DNA from: an archaeon
GTDB taxonomy: Archaea; Nanobdellota; Nanobdellia; Woesearchaeales; JAADFO01
Reading direction: 5' to 3'
NCBI GenBank assembly: GCA_043817075.1
Contig: JBDRHG010000005.1
Location: 3,120-67,119 of the forward strand
DNA length: 64,000 bases
Under the pieces are notes generated by a model. That model made no database searches. It was given only the letters and a program-made list of their open reading frames with translations, and had not been told where the DNA came from. Positions within the stretch are counted from its first letter, which is position 1. Each line of letters starts with the position of its first letter. A program made the translations under genes and the position numbers. Shown here piece after piece: positions 39,775 through 50,442 of the stretch.

Positions 39775-41700
39775 ATGGCAGAGCTTCAGAGGGTTCTCAA
39801 CTTCCCCTCCATCCTTCTGATCACTATCAACTCGATCATGGGGACGGGAATCTATTTCCTTGTCGCCAATGGCGCCAAGTACGCAGGACCCGCCTCGATC
39901 ATATCGTGGATCGCCTTCTCTGTCGTCGCCATCTACATCTCCGCATGTTTCGGTGAGCTCGCCGGCATGTTCCCAAAAGCAGGCGGCGTGTACGAATACG
40001 CCAAACAGACATACGGACGGTTCTTCTCCTTCATCATCGGATGGCTGGCCTTCATCACCGGTAACGTCACCATCGCGATGCTCATCGTCGGAGCGATCCA
40101 ATACCTGCTCCCTTTCCCGGCAAGCCTCCTCAAGGTCGGCATATGCCTGCTCTTCCTCGTCATCTTCAACTACATGGCTTACCGTGGCATGAAGACCAGC
40201 GCGGCGATGCTCATAGCTTTTGGCGTCATCTCCCTAACCGTCATGATCAGCGTGATCTTCATGGGCGGGCTGAATATCGACCCCGCCAACTTCAGACCGC
40301 TCTTCATCGCCGGGCCGTTCTCGGTGGTCATAGCCATCTTCTTCATCATGGAGACCTTCTTCGGATGGGAGAGCGCTGTCAACCTATCAGAAGAAGTCAA
40401 CAATCCTGAGAAGGTCATGCCTAAAGCCCTTCTGTACGGCACCACCATCATCGCGGTGTTGGCGCTCTCGCTCGCGATCACCGCCATCGGCTCAGTGGGA
40501 TGGAAGACGCTCGCGGGCAGCTCAGCCCCGCTTGTAGACATCGTCACCTCATTCGTCGGCGAAAGAGGCAGACAGTTCATAACGCTCGCGACCTACCTCG
40601 CCATCATCGGATCGGTGGCTGGCTGGGTCGTGTCCGCGCCGCGCCTCATCCTCGCGCTGACCAGGGACAAGCTCTTCCTCTCCCACTTCGAGAAGATCCA
40701 TCCCAAGTACAACACCCCTCATCGCGCCATCATCTTCCAGGCCATCGTGTCTGCCGTTCTCGTCATCATCGGTATGGGATCGTACAACGCGCTACTCACA
40801 CTCCTCGTGCCGATGGCGCTCATGATGTATGCCATCGTGCTCTTCTCCATCGTCATCCAACGCTTCCGCAATCCTGACACACCTCGCCCATTCAAGGTCT
40901 GGTTCGGCAAGGTAGGGCCGCTCTTCGTCGTGGGAATATTCGCATACCTCCTCTATCTCTGGCTGGCCCACGAACCAGGAGCATGGAACATCCTCAACCT
41001 TGGATTCTCCTTCATCGGGCTGGGCATACCGCTCTATTTCCTCATCGAGATCTACTACGACCCCAAGATGATCACTGAGGTCAACGACATCACCGCCTAT
41101 CTATCGCTGCTCATCGAGGACTTCTCGCTTCCGCGGAAGGTGCGCAAGACTATCCTCAACATCCTGGGTGACCTCGATGGCCAGACCGTGCTGGAGTACG
41201 GCTGCTCTGTCGGCACGCTCACACAATTGCTCTCCGAAAAGGTAGGGCCGCAAGGCAAGGTCTATGCCGTCGACCTATCAAAGAACGGGCTCCGCATCAC
41301 CCAGAAGAGAGTTGAGCGTCAGTTATGGGCGTCTGATAAACGGATCCACGGCAGGGTGCTCATTGTCCATGATGAGCTCCAGGCCATACGCGTCCACGAC
41401 TCCATAGAGTACACCGACGCCGTCGTGTCTGTCGGGATGCTCAGCTATATCCAGGACATACAGAAGGTCCTCAGGGAGCTGTATCGCATCCTGCCCAACG
41501 AAGGACGGGTATGTTTTGTCGAGTATGTCGACTTCTTCAAAGTCATCCCGAACGTGGAATGGCTCGGTAACAACGAGAAGATAGAGATGTACTTCCGCGA
41601 GGCAGGATTCTCGGTGCGCGTCATCAGGAAGAAAGGTCTCTTCTGGAACTATGTCTATGTCTACGGCATCAAGTCAGAGCACGACGTGCCCTTCATCTAA
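39775..41700 (+). CDS. APC-family amino acid permease fused to a C-terminal class I SAM-dependent methyltransferase domain
   Basis: 641 aa. Residues 1-430 form a 12-TM APC transporter. Residues 445-641 carry MTase motifs (VLEYGCSVG, VYAVDLS, DAVVSVGML, LYRILPNEGRV). Confidence 0.75.
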   Translation: MAELQRVLNFPSILLITINSIMGTGIYFLVANGAKYAGPASIISWIAFSVVAIYISACFGELAGMFPKAGGVYEYAKQTYGRFFSFIIGWLAFITGNVTIAMLIVGAIQYLLPFPASLLKVGICLLFLVIFNYMAYRGMKTSAAMLIAFGVISLTVMISVIFMGGLNIDPANFRPLFIAGPFSVVIAIFFIMETFFGWESAVNLSEEVNNPEKVMPKALLYGTTIIAVLALSLAITAIGSVGWKTLAGSSAPLVDIVTSFVGERGRQFITLATYLAIIGSVAGWVVSAPRLILALTRDKLFLSHFEKIHPKYNTPHRAIIFQAIVSAVLVIIGMGSYNALLTLLVPMALMMYAIVLFSIVIQRFRNPDTPRPFKVWFGKVGPLFVVGIFAYLLYLWLAHEPGAWNILNLGFSFIGLGIPLYFLIEIYYDPKMITEVNDITAYLSLLIEDFSLPRKVRKTILNILGDLDGQTVLEYGCSVGTLTQLLSEKVGPQGKVYAVDLSKNGLRITQKRVERQLWASDKRIHGRVLIVHDELQAIRVHDSIEYTDAVVSVGMLSYIQDIQKVLRELYRILPNEGRVCFVEYVDFFKVIPNVEWLGNNEKIEMYFREAGFSVRVIRKKGLFWNYVYVYGIKSEHDVPFI

Positions 41701-41727
41701 AAACCTTCACATTCATTTGAGAAGAGG

Positions 41728-42522
41728 TCAGGTACCGACGCGCATCTTCTTCCCCATGCCATCAAGCAGAGCCTTGGCGCTCTCGATGGCAAGCGCGCTC
41801 GTCTTGGCATTCGCGCTGGGCCGGTTTTCGGTCATCGTGATGATGCGTCCGAATGAGCCCTCGCATACTATCCGATGCGTATTGGCTTTGGCTTTTGGAT
41901 CCGCGACCACACATACCCTCAAGCCGTCGAAACCTGATGCGAAAGCGAGCGTCGCGGCCACATTGACGTTCTTAGGGAATCCTGAGACGGCATCGGCCAA
42001 TCCACCCTCGAAGACGGTCATCGGTTCTGTGATTGATGAGACATCGATACCCATCTTCTTCAGATAAGGCGCGCCATCCAATCCCTTCGGTGGCTTGGTC
42101 GTGGTGAGCGTCAGCGAGTCTATCGTGCCTGCGGCCGCTTTGATCGCATCCAGCCCTGCAATCGCACCCGACGGCAGCAGCACCTCACAATGCTCCATGG
42201 CCCATACCAGTTTGATCGATGGAAGCAATCCGCCGGTGCTCATGATGAGAAGCCGTCTGCCTGGAGTATCTAGCCCAGGTGTGTTGAGCAATGCCTTGAC
42301 AGCCTCAGCGGATGCGGCCTCAACGATGAGATCAGCAGACTCCACGGCTTGGACCAATGTCATCTCCACCGCCTTACCGGTCTCCAGCGTGTCGATCACT
42401 TCTTTCGCTCTTCCGGGAACCTGGTCACAGAGCCCGATCAGGGAGAACGAAGGATGCGACGAGAGGAACTGCGCAAGCTCTCGTCCCATATTGCCCGCGC
42501 CTATGATAGCGGTCCTGATCAT
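41728..42522 (-). CDS. nadX: L-aspartate dehydrogenase
   Basis: 264 aa. It has the Rossmann N-terminus IIGAGNMG and sits last in a nadA-nadC-nadX operon. Confidence 0.75.
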   Translation of the reverse strand: MIRTAIIGAGNMGRELAQFLSSHPSFSLIGLCDQVPGRAKEVIDTLETGKAVEMTLVQAVESADLIVEAASAEAVKALLNTPGLDTPGRRLLIMSTGGLLPSIKLVWAMEHCEVLLPSGAIAGLDAIKAAAGTIDSLTLTTTKPPKGLDGAPYLKKMGIDVSSITEPMTVFEGGLADAVSGFPKNVNVAATLAFASGFDGLRVCVVADPKAKANTHRIVCEGSFGRIITMTENRPSANAKTSALAIESAKALLDGMGKKMRVGT

Positions 42523-43460
42523 GGTATGACCTCCAATGAGAAGTCGAAAGCAGGAGCGGAATGTGTGATCGCACCGATGGATAACGCGTCGACACCGGTG
42601 GCAGCGAAGGAAGGGATAGTGTCAAAGGTGATCCCGCCTGACGCCTCGATGAGTATGTGTTTGAGAAGATCCTTCTTCTTGAGCATGCTGATGACACTGT
42701 TGATCGTTTCCGGATCCATGTTGTCGAGCATCATGGCGAAGTGAGTGTCCCCTCGGTGTTCTGCGACCGCCTGTGCGACGGACAAGGCCTCTTCTTCGGT
42801 CTCGACTTCGACCTCTACGTCTGTGGATCCTTCCCGCGCAGCGGCGATCGTCGCTTGCGCAGCTGACAGCCCCGAGACACGGAGATGGTTCTCCTTTATC
42901 AGCACCCCGTCATCCAGACCGAGCCGATGCGAGAGACCTCCACCAAGGACGACGGCACGCTTGTCCAGCGATCCCCAGTGCGTTTTGCGGGTCGCCATGA
43001 TAGGAGTCGTTCCAGCGCTCTTGGCATACCGAGCGGTCTCAGTCGCGATACCGCTCATGCGCTGCAGGAGATTGAGAAGGCTTCGCTCGACCGAGAGGAG
43101 AAGGTCGGGCGGCCCGGTCAGTTCGAGCACCGTTTGCCCATCGGCAAGCGGATCACCGTCCTTCTTCATGACTTCTGCGCTGATGCCCTGGAGAAGAAAG
43201 CCTGCCTCGGCCATGCCGGCCAGCACCCCGTCCTGTCCGGCGATGACTGCGACCTTCCTCGGCAGGCCGAAGAGGCCAAGCGCAGCATTGGTCGCATCGC
43301 CTTTGCCGATATCGGCTCTTAGCAGATAGGAGAGGAAACGTTGCGCGAATGCCCGATACTCCGCATCGTCAAGGGCGAGCCTATCCTCACGGTTCCAGAA
43401 TGCCCTGATACGTCCAGACCTTGTCTGAATCTCAGGTTTGTCAAGTTTGTCGTGAGCCAT
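42519..43460 (-). CDS. nadC: nicotinate-nucleotide pyrophosphorylase (quinolinate phosphoribosyltransferase)
   Basis: 313 aa. It has a QPRTase fold and overlaps nadX by 4 nt. Confidence 0.85.
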   Translation of the reverse strand: MAHDKLDKPEIQTRSGRIRAFWNREDRLALDDAEYRAFAQRFLSYLLRADIGKGDATNAALGLFGLPRKVAVIAGQDGVLAGMAEAGFLLQGISAEVMKKDGDPLADGQTVLELTGPPDLLLSVERSLLNLLQRMSGIATETARYAKSAGTTPIMATRKTHWGSLDKRAVVLGGGLSHRLGLDDGVLIKENHLRVSGLSAAQATIAAAREGSTDVEVEVETEEEALSVAQAVAEHRGDTHFAMMLDNMDPETINSVISMLKKKDLLKHILIEASGGITFDTIPSFAATGVDALSIGAITHSAPAFDFSLEVIP

Positions 43461-43518
43461 CGTTCAATCGCAGAAACGCTTATGTCTCATATTTCTTAAA
43501 GGTTATGTCTCATATTTC

Positions 43519-44475
43519 TTATAGGGCGAGCATGCGGTCGATCGCCTTCCTCGCATACTTGATGATGTGATCGGGAAGGGTGATCTCATGCTTGTTCTGC
43601 ACAAGACTCTGCACGACGAGCGGCAAGGTCGTCGACTTCATGAACGGGCAGACATTGCAGAACGAATGGAAGTTCTTATGCGGGACGTGCTCACGGAGTA
43701 TGTCGGTCATACCGCATTCAGTGACGACGATGAAATCCGAAGCGCTGTTCTCATTGGCGAATTTTGCCATGCCACCGGTACCGCAGATATGATCGGCCTC
43801 CTTGAGCAACGCTTCCGGCGCCTCAGGATGGACGATGATCTTAGCGCCGGGCTTATCTGCAGAAAATCTCATCAGAGTGTCACGGTCGAGCTTGTCGTGG
43901 ACGAAGCAATGCCCGTCCCAGAGGATGATTTCCTTGTCTGTCTTGGATTGCACATAGCGGCCGAGATTCTTGTCTGGAAGAAAGATGACCTGATTCTCCT
44001 CCAAAGAACTGACGACCTCTACCGCATTGGCGGAGGTGCAACAGATGTCGGACATGGCCTTGATCTCAGCGGTGGTATTGACGTAGGCGACCACTGCGGC
44101 ATCAGGATGTTCTTTCTTGATCTCGGCAAGCCTTTCAGGGGTGGCCATGTCAGCCAACGAGCACCCGGCCTCCAGAGTGGGGAGCAGCACGGTCTTATCA
44201 GGAGATAGGATCTTGGCGGTCTCTGCCATGAAAGATACACCGCAGAACAGGATGACGTCGGCATCCGTGGCGGCTGCCTTCTTGGAGAGCGCCAATGAAT
44301 CACCGATATAATCAGCGATGCGGTACATCTCAGGCGATTGATAGTTATGCACAAGGATGACCGCATTACGTTGCTTCTTGAGCTCCAGCACGAGGTCGAT
44401 CATCCGCTGGGTCTCCGGAGGATGCACCACCTGATGCATGCTGATCGCGTCTGTCATGCACAATGTCATGGCCAT
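43519..44475 (-). CDS. nadA: quinolinate synthase
   Basis: 318 aa. It has the NadA family three-repeat architecture with conserved Cys residues. Confidence 0.9.
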   Translation of the reverse strand: MAMTLCMTDAISMHQVVHPPETQRMIDLVLELKKQRNAVILVHNYQSPEMYRIADYIGDSLALSKKAAATDADVILFCGVSFMAETAKILSPDKTVLLPTLEAGCSLADMATPERLAEIKKEHPDAAVVAYVNTTAEIKAMSDICCTSANAVEVVSSLEENQVIFLPDKNLGRYVQSKTDKEIILWDGHCFVHDKLDRDTLMRFSADKPGAKIIVHPEAPEALLKEADHICGTGGMAKFANENSASDFIVVTECGMTDILREHVPHKNFHSFCNVCPFMKSTTLPLVVQSLVQNKHEITLPDHIIKYARKAIDRMLAL

Positions 44476-44649
44476 GCGCCTTATTAAAGATGCTGTGCAG
44501 GCAGGAGCTTAAAAAAAGGCTGGAGAGTAGGCAAGAATTGCCGATAACAAGAACCGTTTGCTTTAGATGACAGGCAGAGAACACCAAGATGTATGAAATC
44601 GATGACAGAGCTGCCACAAGTCTTGATATGATAGAAAAGAAAAGATTGT

Positions 44650-45249
44650 CTACCTGCTCGAATCGGTCTGCCGCTCGAACTCCATCTTCTTGCCGATGGC
44701 ATGAGATGTGGTCGACAGGGTATAAGCAGCCATGATCTCATCTGCGAGAGCGGAAATCAAGGATTTCTTGGTATTGAAGGACTTGGAATATGCGCCTTGC
44801 ACCATGAGACGGAGCGTGATGTCGATTCGCCTCTGGGGCGCACATTCGACGGCCTGCGGGTAGCGTGCTCCACCATACTCGATGGAGACGATCTCCTCGC
44901 GGGGAGCGGCGTTCTCGACGGCCTTGACAAAGACCTCGACTGGGTTCTTGCCGGTCTTCTTCTCGATGAGCTTGAATGTGCCTTCCACAGTCTCATAGAC
45001 ATGGGATGACTTGCCGGTGATGTGGCCCGAGCCTCGCCAGTGCTTCTTTCCCTTATGACCAGGGATCATGAGCTTGTTGATCAGACGCTCGACGATGCTT
45101 ATCCTGGACTTGTGGAAACGGTTGCCAGCATAGCGGGCACCGGTCTTGGGCACCATGATAGGTTCAAGAGAGATGTATTTCTGCAGGCCCTGGTCCTCGA
45201 CCACGATGCCGCTTGTATCCCACCGATTAAAGATCTTGATTTCAGCCAT
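44650..45249 (-). CDS. rps7: 30S ribosomal protein S7
   Basis: 199 aa, archaeal S7 (uS7). Confidence 0.9.
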   Translation of the reverse strand: MAEIKIFNRWDTSGIVVEDQGLQKYISLEPIMVPKTGARYAGNRFHKSRISIVERLINKLMIPGHKGKKHWRGSGHITGKSSHVYETVEGTFKLIEKKTGKNPVEVFVKAVENAAPREEIVSIEYGGARYPQAVECAPQRRIDITLRLMVQGAYSKSFNTKKSLISALADEIMAAYTLSTTSHAIGKKMEFERQTDSSR

Positions 45250-45261
45250 AGAGAATCATCC

Positions 45262-45699
45262 TTACTTCCTTGCCTTCTCCCGCTTGCCCTTGAGCAATGC
45301 GTCGAGGCTCTGATCGTTGACCTTGATGACACGCCAGCGCACTCCGGGGATGTCTCCCTTCGCACGGCCCATCTTACCGCCGATGCATTCGATGACAACC
45401 TCATCGTGCTCGTCGATCAGCTTGGTCGCACCGTCGCCAGGGGTAAAAGCCGTGACCTGTTTGCCGTTCTTTGTGAGCTGGACTCGCACACATTTTCGCA
45501 TGGCGGAATTAGGCTGCTTTGCTTCGAGCTGGATCTTCTCGAGCACGATGCCCTTGGCCTGCGAGGAACCTCCCAGGGGATCAGATTTCTGCTTGAGGTT
45601 GAGCTCTCGCTTAGTGTATTTGCTACTGAGCCAAAGAGACTTCTTCCTGCGATTCTGCAGACGTTTCCCTGCGGCCAGACCGCGCGCTTTCTTTGCCAT
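45262..45699 (-). CDS. rps12: 30S ribosomal protein S12
   Basis: It has the conserved PNSAMRK and TPGDGA motifs. The start is probably the internal ATG (MAKKARG). Confidence 0.9.
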   Translation of the reverse strand: MAKKARGLAAGKRLQNRRKKSLWLSSKYTKRELNLKQKSDPLGGSSQAKGIVLEKIQLEAKQPNSAMRKCVRVQLTKNGKQVTAFTPGDGATKLIDEHDEVVIECIGGKMGRAKGDIPGVRWRVIKVNDQSLDALLKGKREKARK

Positions 45700-45731
45700 G
45701 ATAATCACGATACGATGTACGACTTTCCGCG

Positions 45732-46151
45732 TCAGACGACCTTGACCGAGCGAATATCAAAGAATCGCTGGACGATGGACTCGGTTTCGCGGAGATTCTG
45801 GAGGTTGCGTCCCATTAATAAACCTTTGGTTTTCATATCAGGCCCCTTGACGACGAGGACACCATCCTGGTTCTCGACGCTGACGATCTGTAACGGAGCC
45901 ACGATATTGCGGAGGAAGTCCTCAGGACTTGATGCACTCTCGATAAGACGGATTTTTTTCTTCAAGAGGTTAGTGAGCCGTCTGATATGGACAGCCCCTT
46001 TGCCGATGGCTTTGCCAATCTGGCCTTCGTGCACGATGAAGATGAGGTCTTTATTCCGATCGACGAGACAGTCTTTGGCCCGTGTTCGGGTCACAGACTC
46101 GAACAGAGACATGTAATTCATCAGGTTGACGTCGTATCGGATGCGTCCCAA
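45732..46151 (-). CDS. nusA: transcription elongation factor NusA-like (archaeal, KH domains)
   Basis: 139 aa. It has two KH-like segments ([26 protein letters not shown]) in the conserved rpoA2-L30e-nusA-S12 context. Confidence 0.8.
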   Translation of the reverse strand: MGRIRYDVNLMNYMSLFESVTRTRAKDCLVDRNKDLIFIVHEGQIGKAIGKGAVHIRRLTNLLKKKIRLIESASSPEDFLRNIVAPLQIVSVENQDGVLVVKGPDMKTKGLLMGRNLQNLRETESIVQRFFDIRSVKVV

Positions 46152-46155
46152 CAGC

Positions 46156-46449
46156 TTACCCCTTGAGAATTCCGAGCACCGAGATCGAGAAAGGCTTGCG
46201 ACAGAGGATGCCTATGTCCTCGCCAGACAGATTGAGCGAAGCATGCTCGATGTCGTCCAGCCCGCAGTATCGGTCAAGCCGCTCGATGATCGATGCAGGA
46301 CTGATGGACGCGTAGTACACCTTGCGTAGCTTTCCGCCGCGCAGTCCCTTGATGACGTTCTCGAGTCCTAACACCAATTTGCCGCCCTCGAGCTCCTTCT
46401 TGATCTCCGCTTCCGGAGTCATTTCAGTTCCCTTTGCCATGATTGTCAC
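46156..46449 (-). CDS. rpl30e: 50S ribosomal protein L30e
   Basis: 97 aa. It belongs to the L30e/L7Ae fold family and sits in the conserved position after rpoA2. Confidence 0.85.
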   Translation of the reverse strand: MTIMAKGTEMTPEAEIKKELEGGKLVLGLENVIKGLRGGKLRKVYYASISPASIIERLDRYCGLDDIEHASLNLSGEDIGILCRKPFSISVLGILKG

Positions 46450-46460
46450 CTATGATTAAT

Positions 46461-47606
46461 TTATTTGACCTTCGTGATAAGTCCAGGGAGACCGGTGCCC
46501 ACGGGCACGGCCTGGTTGAGCATGACATTCTCAATCACCGAATTGAGATGGTCTTTCTCCCCGATGAGAGCGGCCGCGATTATATGCTTGATCGGGGTCT
46601 CGAAAGACGCCCGCGCGAGCACGCTGGATTTTTGGCTCACGATGCCGTAGCGGGTGATGCCCTTGACGAATCCGCTGACACACATGGTATCGGCGACCAG
46701 CATGATATGACGGACGTCGACGTTGAGGCCTTGACTCTCGATGACTTTGAAGACCTCATTTACGATGGCCGTCCTTGCTGCCTCGATACCGAGCACGAGC
46801 GCAATCTCCTTGATGTGGTTCGTCGTCGTCTTCGCGGCATCGACAAACTCGAGCTTGAACAAGTCCTTGAGATTGGATCCGAAAGTGATGATGATGTACT
46901 CGTCATCCCTCTTCACCGGCAGGACCTGGGTGATGCCTTTGACGCCTGTGAGATAGAGGTCTTTGAGCTTGGTCTTTAGCTTGAATAGGGCATTGATGCC
47001 TTCGTCCTTCGTGACCTTGTATTTGATCGTGATCTGATCCTTCTCCCTCTTGACGGTCGCAGACTTGATGGATTTCTCCAACACTTTCGTGACCTGGATG
47101 GGGGTTAGCTCGAGCAAGGTGAGGCGAGCGAGATCAAGGATGATGATGACCGTCTCTTCGGCGACATTGGTCTCGATTGATTTGACGACTTCCTCAAGCT
47201 TGGTATGCTTGATCAGGGAAGCGACCTTCCTGATGTCCTTGCCGTTCTTGTATGGCGCCTTGAGATGGATCTCCATCGACGGCGTCACGATGTTCTCCCG
47301 ACCGTCGAGAATCTCGATGATACGGGGAAGACCGACCGTGATGTTCATCTCAGATACACCTGCGAAATGGAATGTGTTCAATGTCATCTGCGTGCCTGGC
47401 TCGCCGATGGACTCAGCAGAGACGATACCGATGGCCTCACCAGGCTCTACTTGGGTGATCTCCCATTCGTGGACCACCTGATCGAATATCTTCTTGATTT
47501 TCCCTTGAGAAGTGCTTGCAGGGATGCGCTCCATGACCTCGTCGATGAGAGAAGGCGGAAGCACCTTCGCATATTCCTTGATTGAATCATTCGTCATGAT
47601 TGACAC
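46461..47606 (-). CDS. rpoA2: DNA-directed RNA polymerase subunit A''
   Basis: 381 aa, homologous to the C-terminal third of Rpb1/beta-prime. Confidence 0.9.
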   Translation of the reverse strand: MSIMTNDSIKEYAKVLPPSLIDEVMERIPASTSQGKIKKIFDQVVHEWEITQVEPGEAIGIVSAESIGEPGTQMTLNTFHFAGVSEMNITVGLPRIIEILDGRENIVTPSMEIHLKAPYKNGKDIRKVASLIKHTKLEEVVKSIETNVAEETVIIILDLARLTLLELTPIQVTKVLEKSIKSATVKREKDQITIKYKVTKDEGINALFKLKTKLKDLYLTGVKGITQVLPVKRDDEYIIITFGSNLKDLFKLEFVDAAKTTTNHIKEIALVLGIEAARTAIVNEVFKVIESQGLNVDVRHIMLVADTMCVSGFVKGITRYGIVSQKSSVLARASFETPIKHIIAAALIGEKDHLNSVIENVMLNQAVPVGTGLPGLITKVK

Positions 47607-47607
47607 C

Positions 47608-50421
47608 TCAGCTTGAGGACTCGATGATCCGAGTCACGTTGATCTTGCCGCCTTCGCTCTTGGACACGTCCACTCCGTCCTCACCGAATGAGAACTGGAC
47701 GATCTTGCCGGTGGCGTCGCGGACCGTGTGGTCGTACTCGACCTTGAGGTCCTGCATGGCATTGGCCAGGCGCCGGTAAAGATAACCTGACTTCGGCGTA
47801 CGAAGAGCGGTATCCATCAGTGAATCCCTTCCGGTCATGCCCATGAAGAAGAACTCCGATGGATCGAGTCCGTTCTTGAATCCTGCTTTGATGAAGCCTC
47901 TCGCCTTGGGTGAGAGGTCGCCTTTCTTGAAGGCGGAGAGCGTCGTATTGGAGTAGCCCTTATCGATTCGCTTGCCACGCATGGCTTGCTGACCTACGCA
48001 AGCGGCCATCTGCGCCAGGTTGAGCAGATTGCCGCGTGCTCCAGAAACTGCCATGATCATGGTGTGTGAACCTTTGTCCGAGAAATCCGCGACGAGCTTA
48101 CCGGTCTCGTTACGGGCCCTGTTGAGCAGTTCCAGGATACGGAGCTCGAGGGTCTCTGCGATCGATCGCCCAGGAAGCGCTTCGAGATTCCCTTTCTGGT
48201 AGTTATCGATGAGCCCATTGACATCGGCATCAGCCTTGTTCAAGACAAGGTCTATCTTTTCCTGCACCCCGTCGGGGAGGTCGGTATCGGACAACGGCGT
48301 GGACAGACCATGACGTTGGAGAGATTTCGTGCCGAGACGGAAGATGATGCCGAGGATACGGACAGCCTCTTGAGGGCCATACCTCTTGTGGATGGTCCGC
48401 AAAAGCAGTCCCTGTCCTTCGCCGAGGTTGTTCTTGTCCATGTATCCCTTGATGAGCTTACCGCCCTTGATCACGACTGGATCGCCATTGCCTGAAGTGC
48501 CCTCAAAGTCGAAGTCCTTAGGCAGCACGTATGAGAACACATCGCGGCCGTGCACCTTTTCCTTCTTCGGGAAACTGGAAAAGTCCTTGATACCGGCTTC
48601 GAAAAGGAGGGAGACGGCATCGGCTCTTGAGAACTCCATTTCTTTAGTGAGCAGATAGTTGCCTGAAATAGCGTCCTGCACACAGGAGATGATAGAAAGA
48701 CCATAGCGTGGGGAGATGAGCTGGGTGTTGACCTCCATGAGCACCTCTGCCTCGGCACGGGCCTCCTCGGTCTGCGGGATATGCAGATTCATCTCGTCCC
48801 CGTCGAAGTCTGCGTTGTAAGGGGCGCAGACAGCGGGGTTGAGACGGAAGGTCTTGAATGGGAGCACCCTGATCTTATGGCACATCATAGACATACGGTG
48901 CAGCGATGGCTGGCGGTTGAAGAGGGCGACGTCGCCGTCCAACAGATGACGCTCGACGGTGAACCCAGGTTGGAGCTCCTCGAGCACCTGCTCTTTGGTC
49001 TCTTCAGTAATCTTCTTCTTCTTTCCGTCGGGCCTGATGATGTAGTTGGCGCCAGGGTATTTACCCGGGCCACGCTCGATGAAGCCCCGCAAGTATTTCT
49101 CGTTCCATGTGGTGACCTGTTCAGGGACGGTGAGCTTCGACGCGATGCGCTGGGGGACTCCGACCTCATCGATCGCCAGGTTGGGATCTGGACTGATGAC
49201 GGTACGCGCGGAGAAGTTCGTACGTTTTCCCGCGAGGTTGTATCGGATACGTCCTTCCTTGCTCTTGATCCTTTCAGTCAATGTCTTTAGCGGCTGGCCG
49301 GAGCGATGCCTGGCAGGCGGGATCTGGGTGATGGCATTGTCGAAGAATGTGGTGATGTGGTATTGCAGCAGATCCCACAGGTCCTCGATGATGATCTCAG
49401 GGGCACCGGCATTGATGTTCTCGAAGAGACGCTGGTTGATACGGACGATATCGCCGAGCTTATGCGTGAGGTCGTCCTCGCTTCGCTCACCAGACTCCAG
49501 AGTGATGGAAGGCCTCATGGTCACCGGCGGGATGAGGAGCACGGTGAGGATGGCCCATTCAGGCCTTGCGAATTTGGCATTGAGACCTATCGCTTCACTT
49601 TCATCATCTGGGATCTTCTCGAAGCGGGTACGGATGTCGATAGGAGTGATACGCTTCTCATTCTCGACGAAAGTGTAGGGCTTCTCGAGAGAGACCTTAT
49701 ATTGCTTGGCAGAGCAGTGCGGGCACTTGCTCACGGTACGCATCTCGGTGATGACCTTCTTGACCTTGACGCGACGTGTCTCCTGTCCCATTTCGCGTTC
49801 GGTCTGCTGGAAATCCGAGATGGTCTTAGCAATCTTCTGTTTGGGCATGAGCACGTGGCCGCATTCCCTGCAGGTCACCCTCAGGACGTCATAGACGAGA
49901 GCGATAAATTTGATGTGGATGATGGGTCGTGCGAGTTCGATATAGCCGAAATGACCAAGGCAATCCTTGAGTTTCTGGCCGTCGGTGCGGCACACGAGTC
50001 CGGGATCGATGACACCTAGACGGACGTCCATGAGACCACCGTCGACAGGATATCCCTCCTTGTCATAGAGCTCTGGAGTGACGACTTTTGCGACGGACAG
50101 TTTCTTGATGATCTTCGGCGACATCATGCCGAACACGATCTTGTCGATCTTTCGGTACACCGGAGTCTGCGCTTCGAAGGTCTCCGGGACCTTCTCTACG
50201 GCTGCGCTTTCCGTCTCTCCTTCAGGCTTGATCTCGCCTTCCGCAGCACCATCCTCAGCGACAGATTTCTCCTCGGCCTCTGCCCCCTCTGCGGGAGCGG
50301 ATTCCTCGGCCACTACGTCTGCGGATTCAGGGTCGGAAGTGGATTCTGGTGATTGGACGGCTTCGGCCTCCTTCTGCTCTTCTGCTTCAGGGGCAGATGC
50401 TTTGGGTGTCTCCTCGCTCAT
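47608..50421 (-). CDS. rpoA1: DNA-directed RNA polymerase subunit A' (with a ~90-aa acidic N-terminal extension if the first ATG is used)
   Basis: 937 aa. It has zinc-binding Cys clusters, the NADFDGD active site, and clamp and dock domains. The ATG sits 22 nt after the rpoB1 stop. Confidence 0.9.
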   Translation of the reverse strand: MSEETPKASAPEAEEQKEAEAVQSPESTSDPESADVVAEESAPAEGAEAEEKSVAEDGAAEGEIKPEGETESAAVEKVPETFEAQTPVYRKIDKIVFGMMSPKIIKKLSVAKVVTPELYDKEGYPVDGGLMDVRLGVIDPGLVCRTDGQKLKDCLGHFGYIELARPIIHIKFIALVYDVLRVTCRECGHVLMPKQKIAKTISDFQQTEREMGQETRRVKVKKVITEMRTVSKCPHCSAKQYKVSLEKPYTFVENEKRITPIDIRTRFEKIPDDESEAIGLNAKFARPEWAILTVLLIPPVTMRPSITLESGERSEDDLTHKLGDIVRINQRLFENINAGAPEIIIEDLWDLLQYHITTFFDNAITQIPPARHRSGQPLKTLTERIKSKEGRIRYNLAGKRTNFSARTVISPDPNLAIDEVGVPQRIASKLTVPEQVTTWNEKYLRGFIERGPGKYPGANYIIRPDGKKKKITEETKEQVLEELQPGFTVERHLLDGDVALFNRQPSLHRMSMMCHKIRVLPFKTFRLNPAVCAPYNADFDGDEMNLHIPQTEEARAEAEVLMEVNTQLISPRYGLSIISCVQDAISGNYLLTKEMEFSRADAVSLLFEAGIKDFSSFPKKEKVHGRDVFSYVLPKDFDFEGTSGNGDPVVIKGGKLIKGYMDKNNLGEGQGLLLRTIHKRYGPQEAVRILGIIFRLGTKSLQRHGLSTPLSDTDLPDGVQEKIDLVLNKADADVNGLIDNYQKGNLEALPGRSIAETLELRILELLNRARNETGKLVADFSDKGSHTMIMAVSGARGNLLNLAQMAACVGQQAMRGKRIDKGYSNTTLSAFKKGDLSPKARGFIKAGFKNGLDPSEFFFMGMTGRDSLMDTALRTPKSGYLYRRLANAMQDLKVEYDHTVRDATGKIVQFSFGEDGVDVSKSEGGKINVTRIIESSS

Positions 50422-50442
50422 TTTTTCATCCTCGGGATTGAA

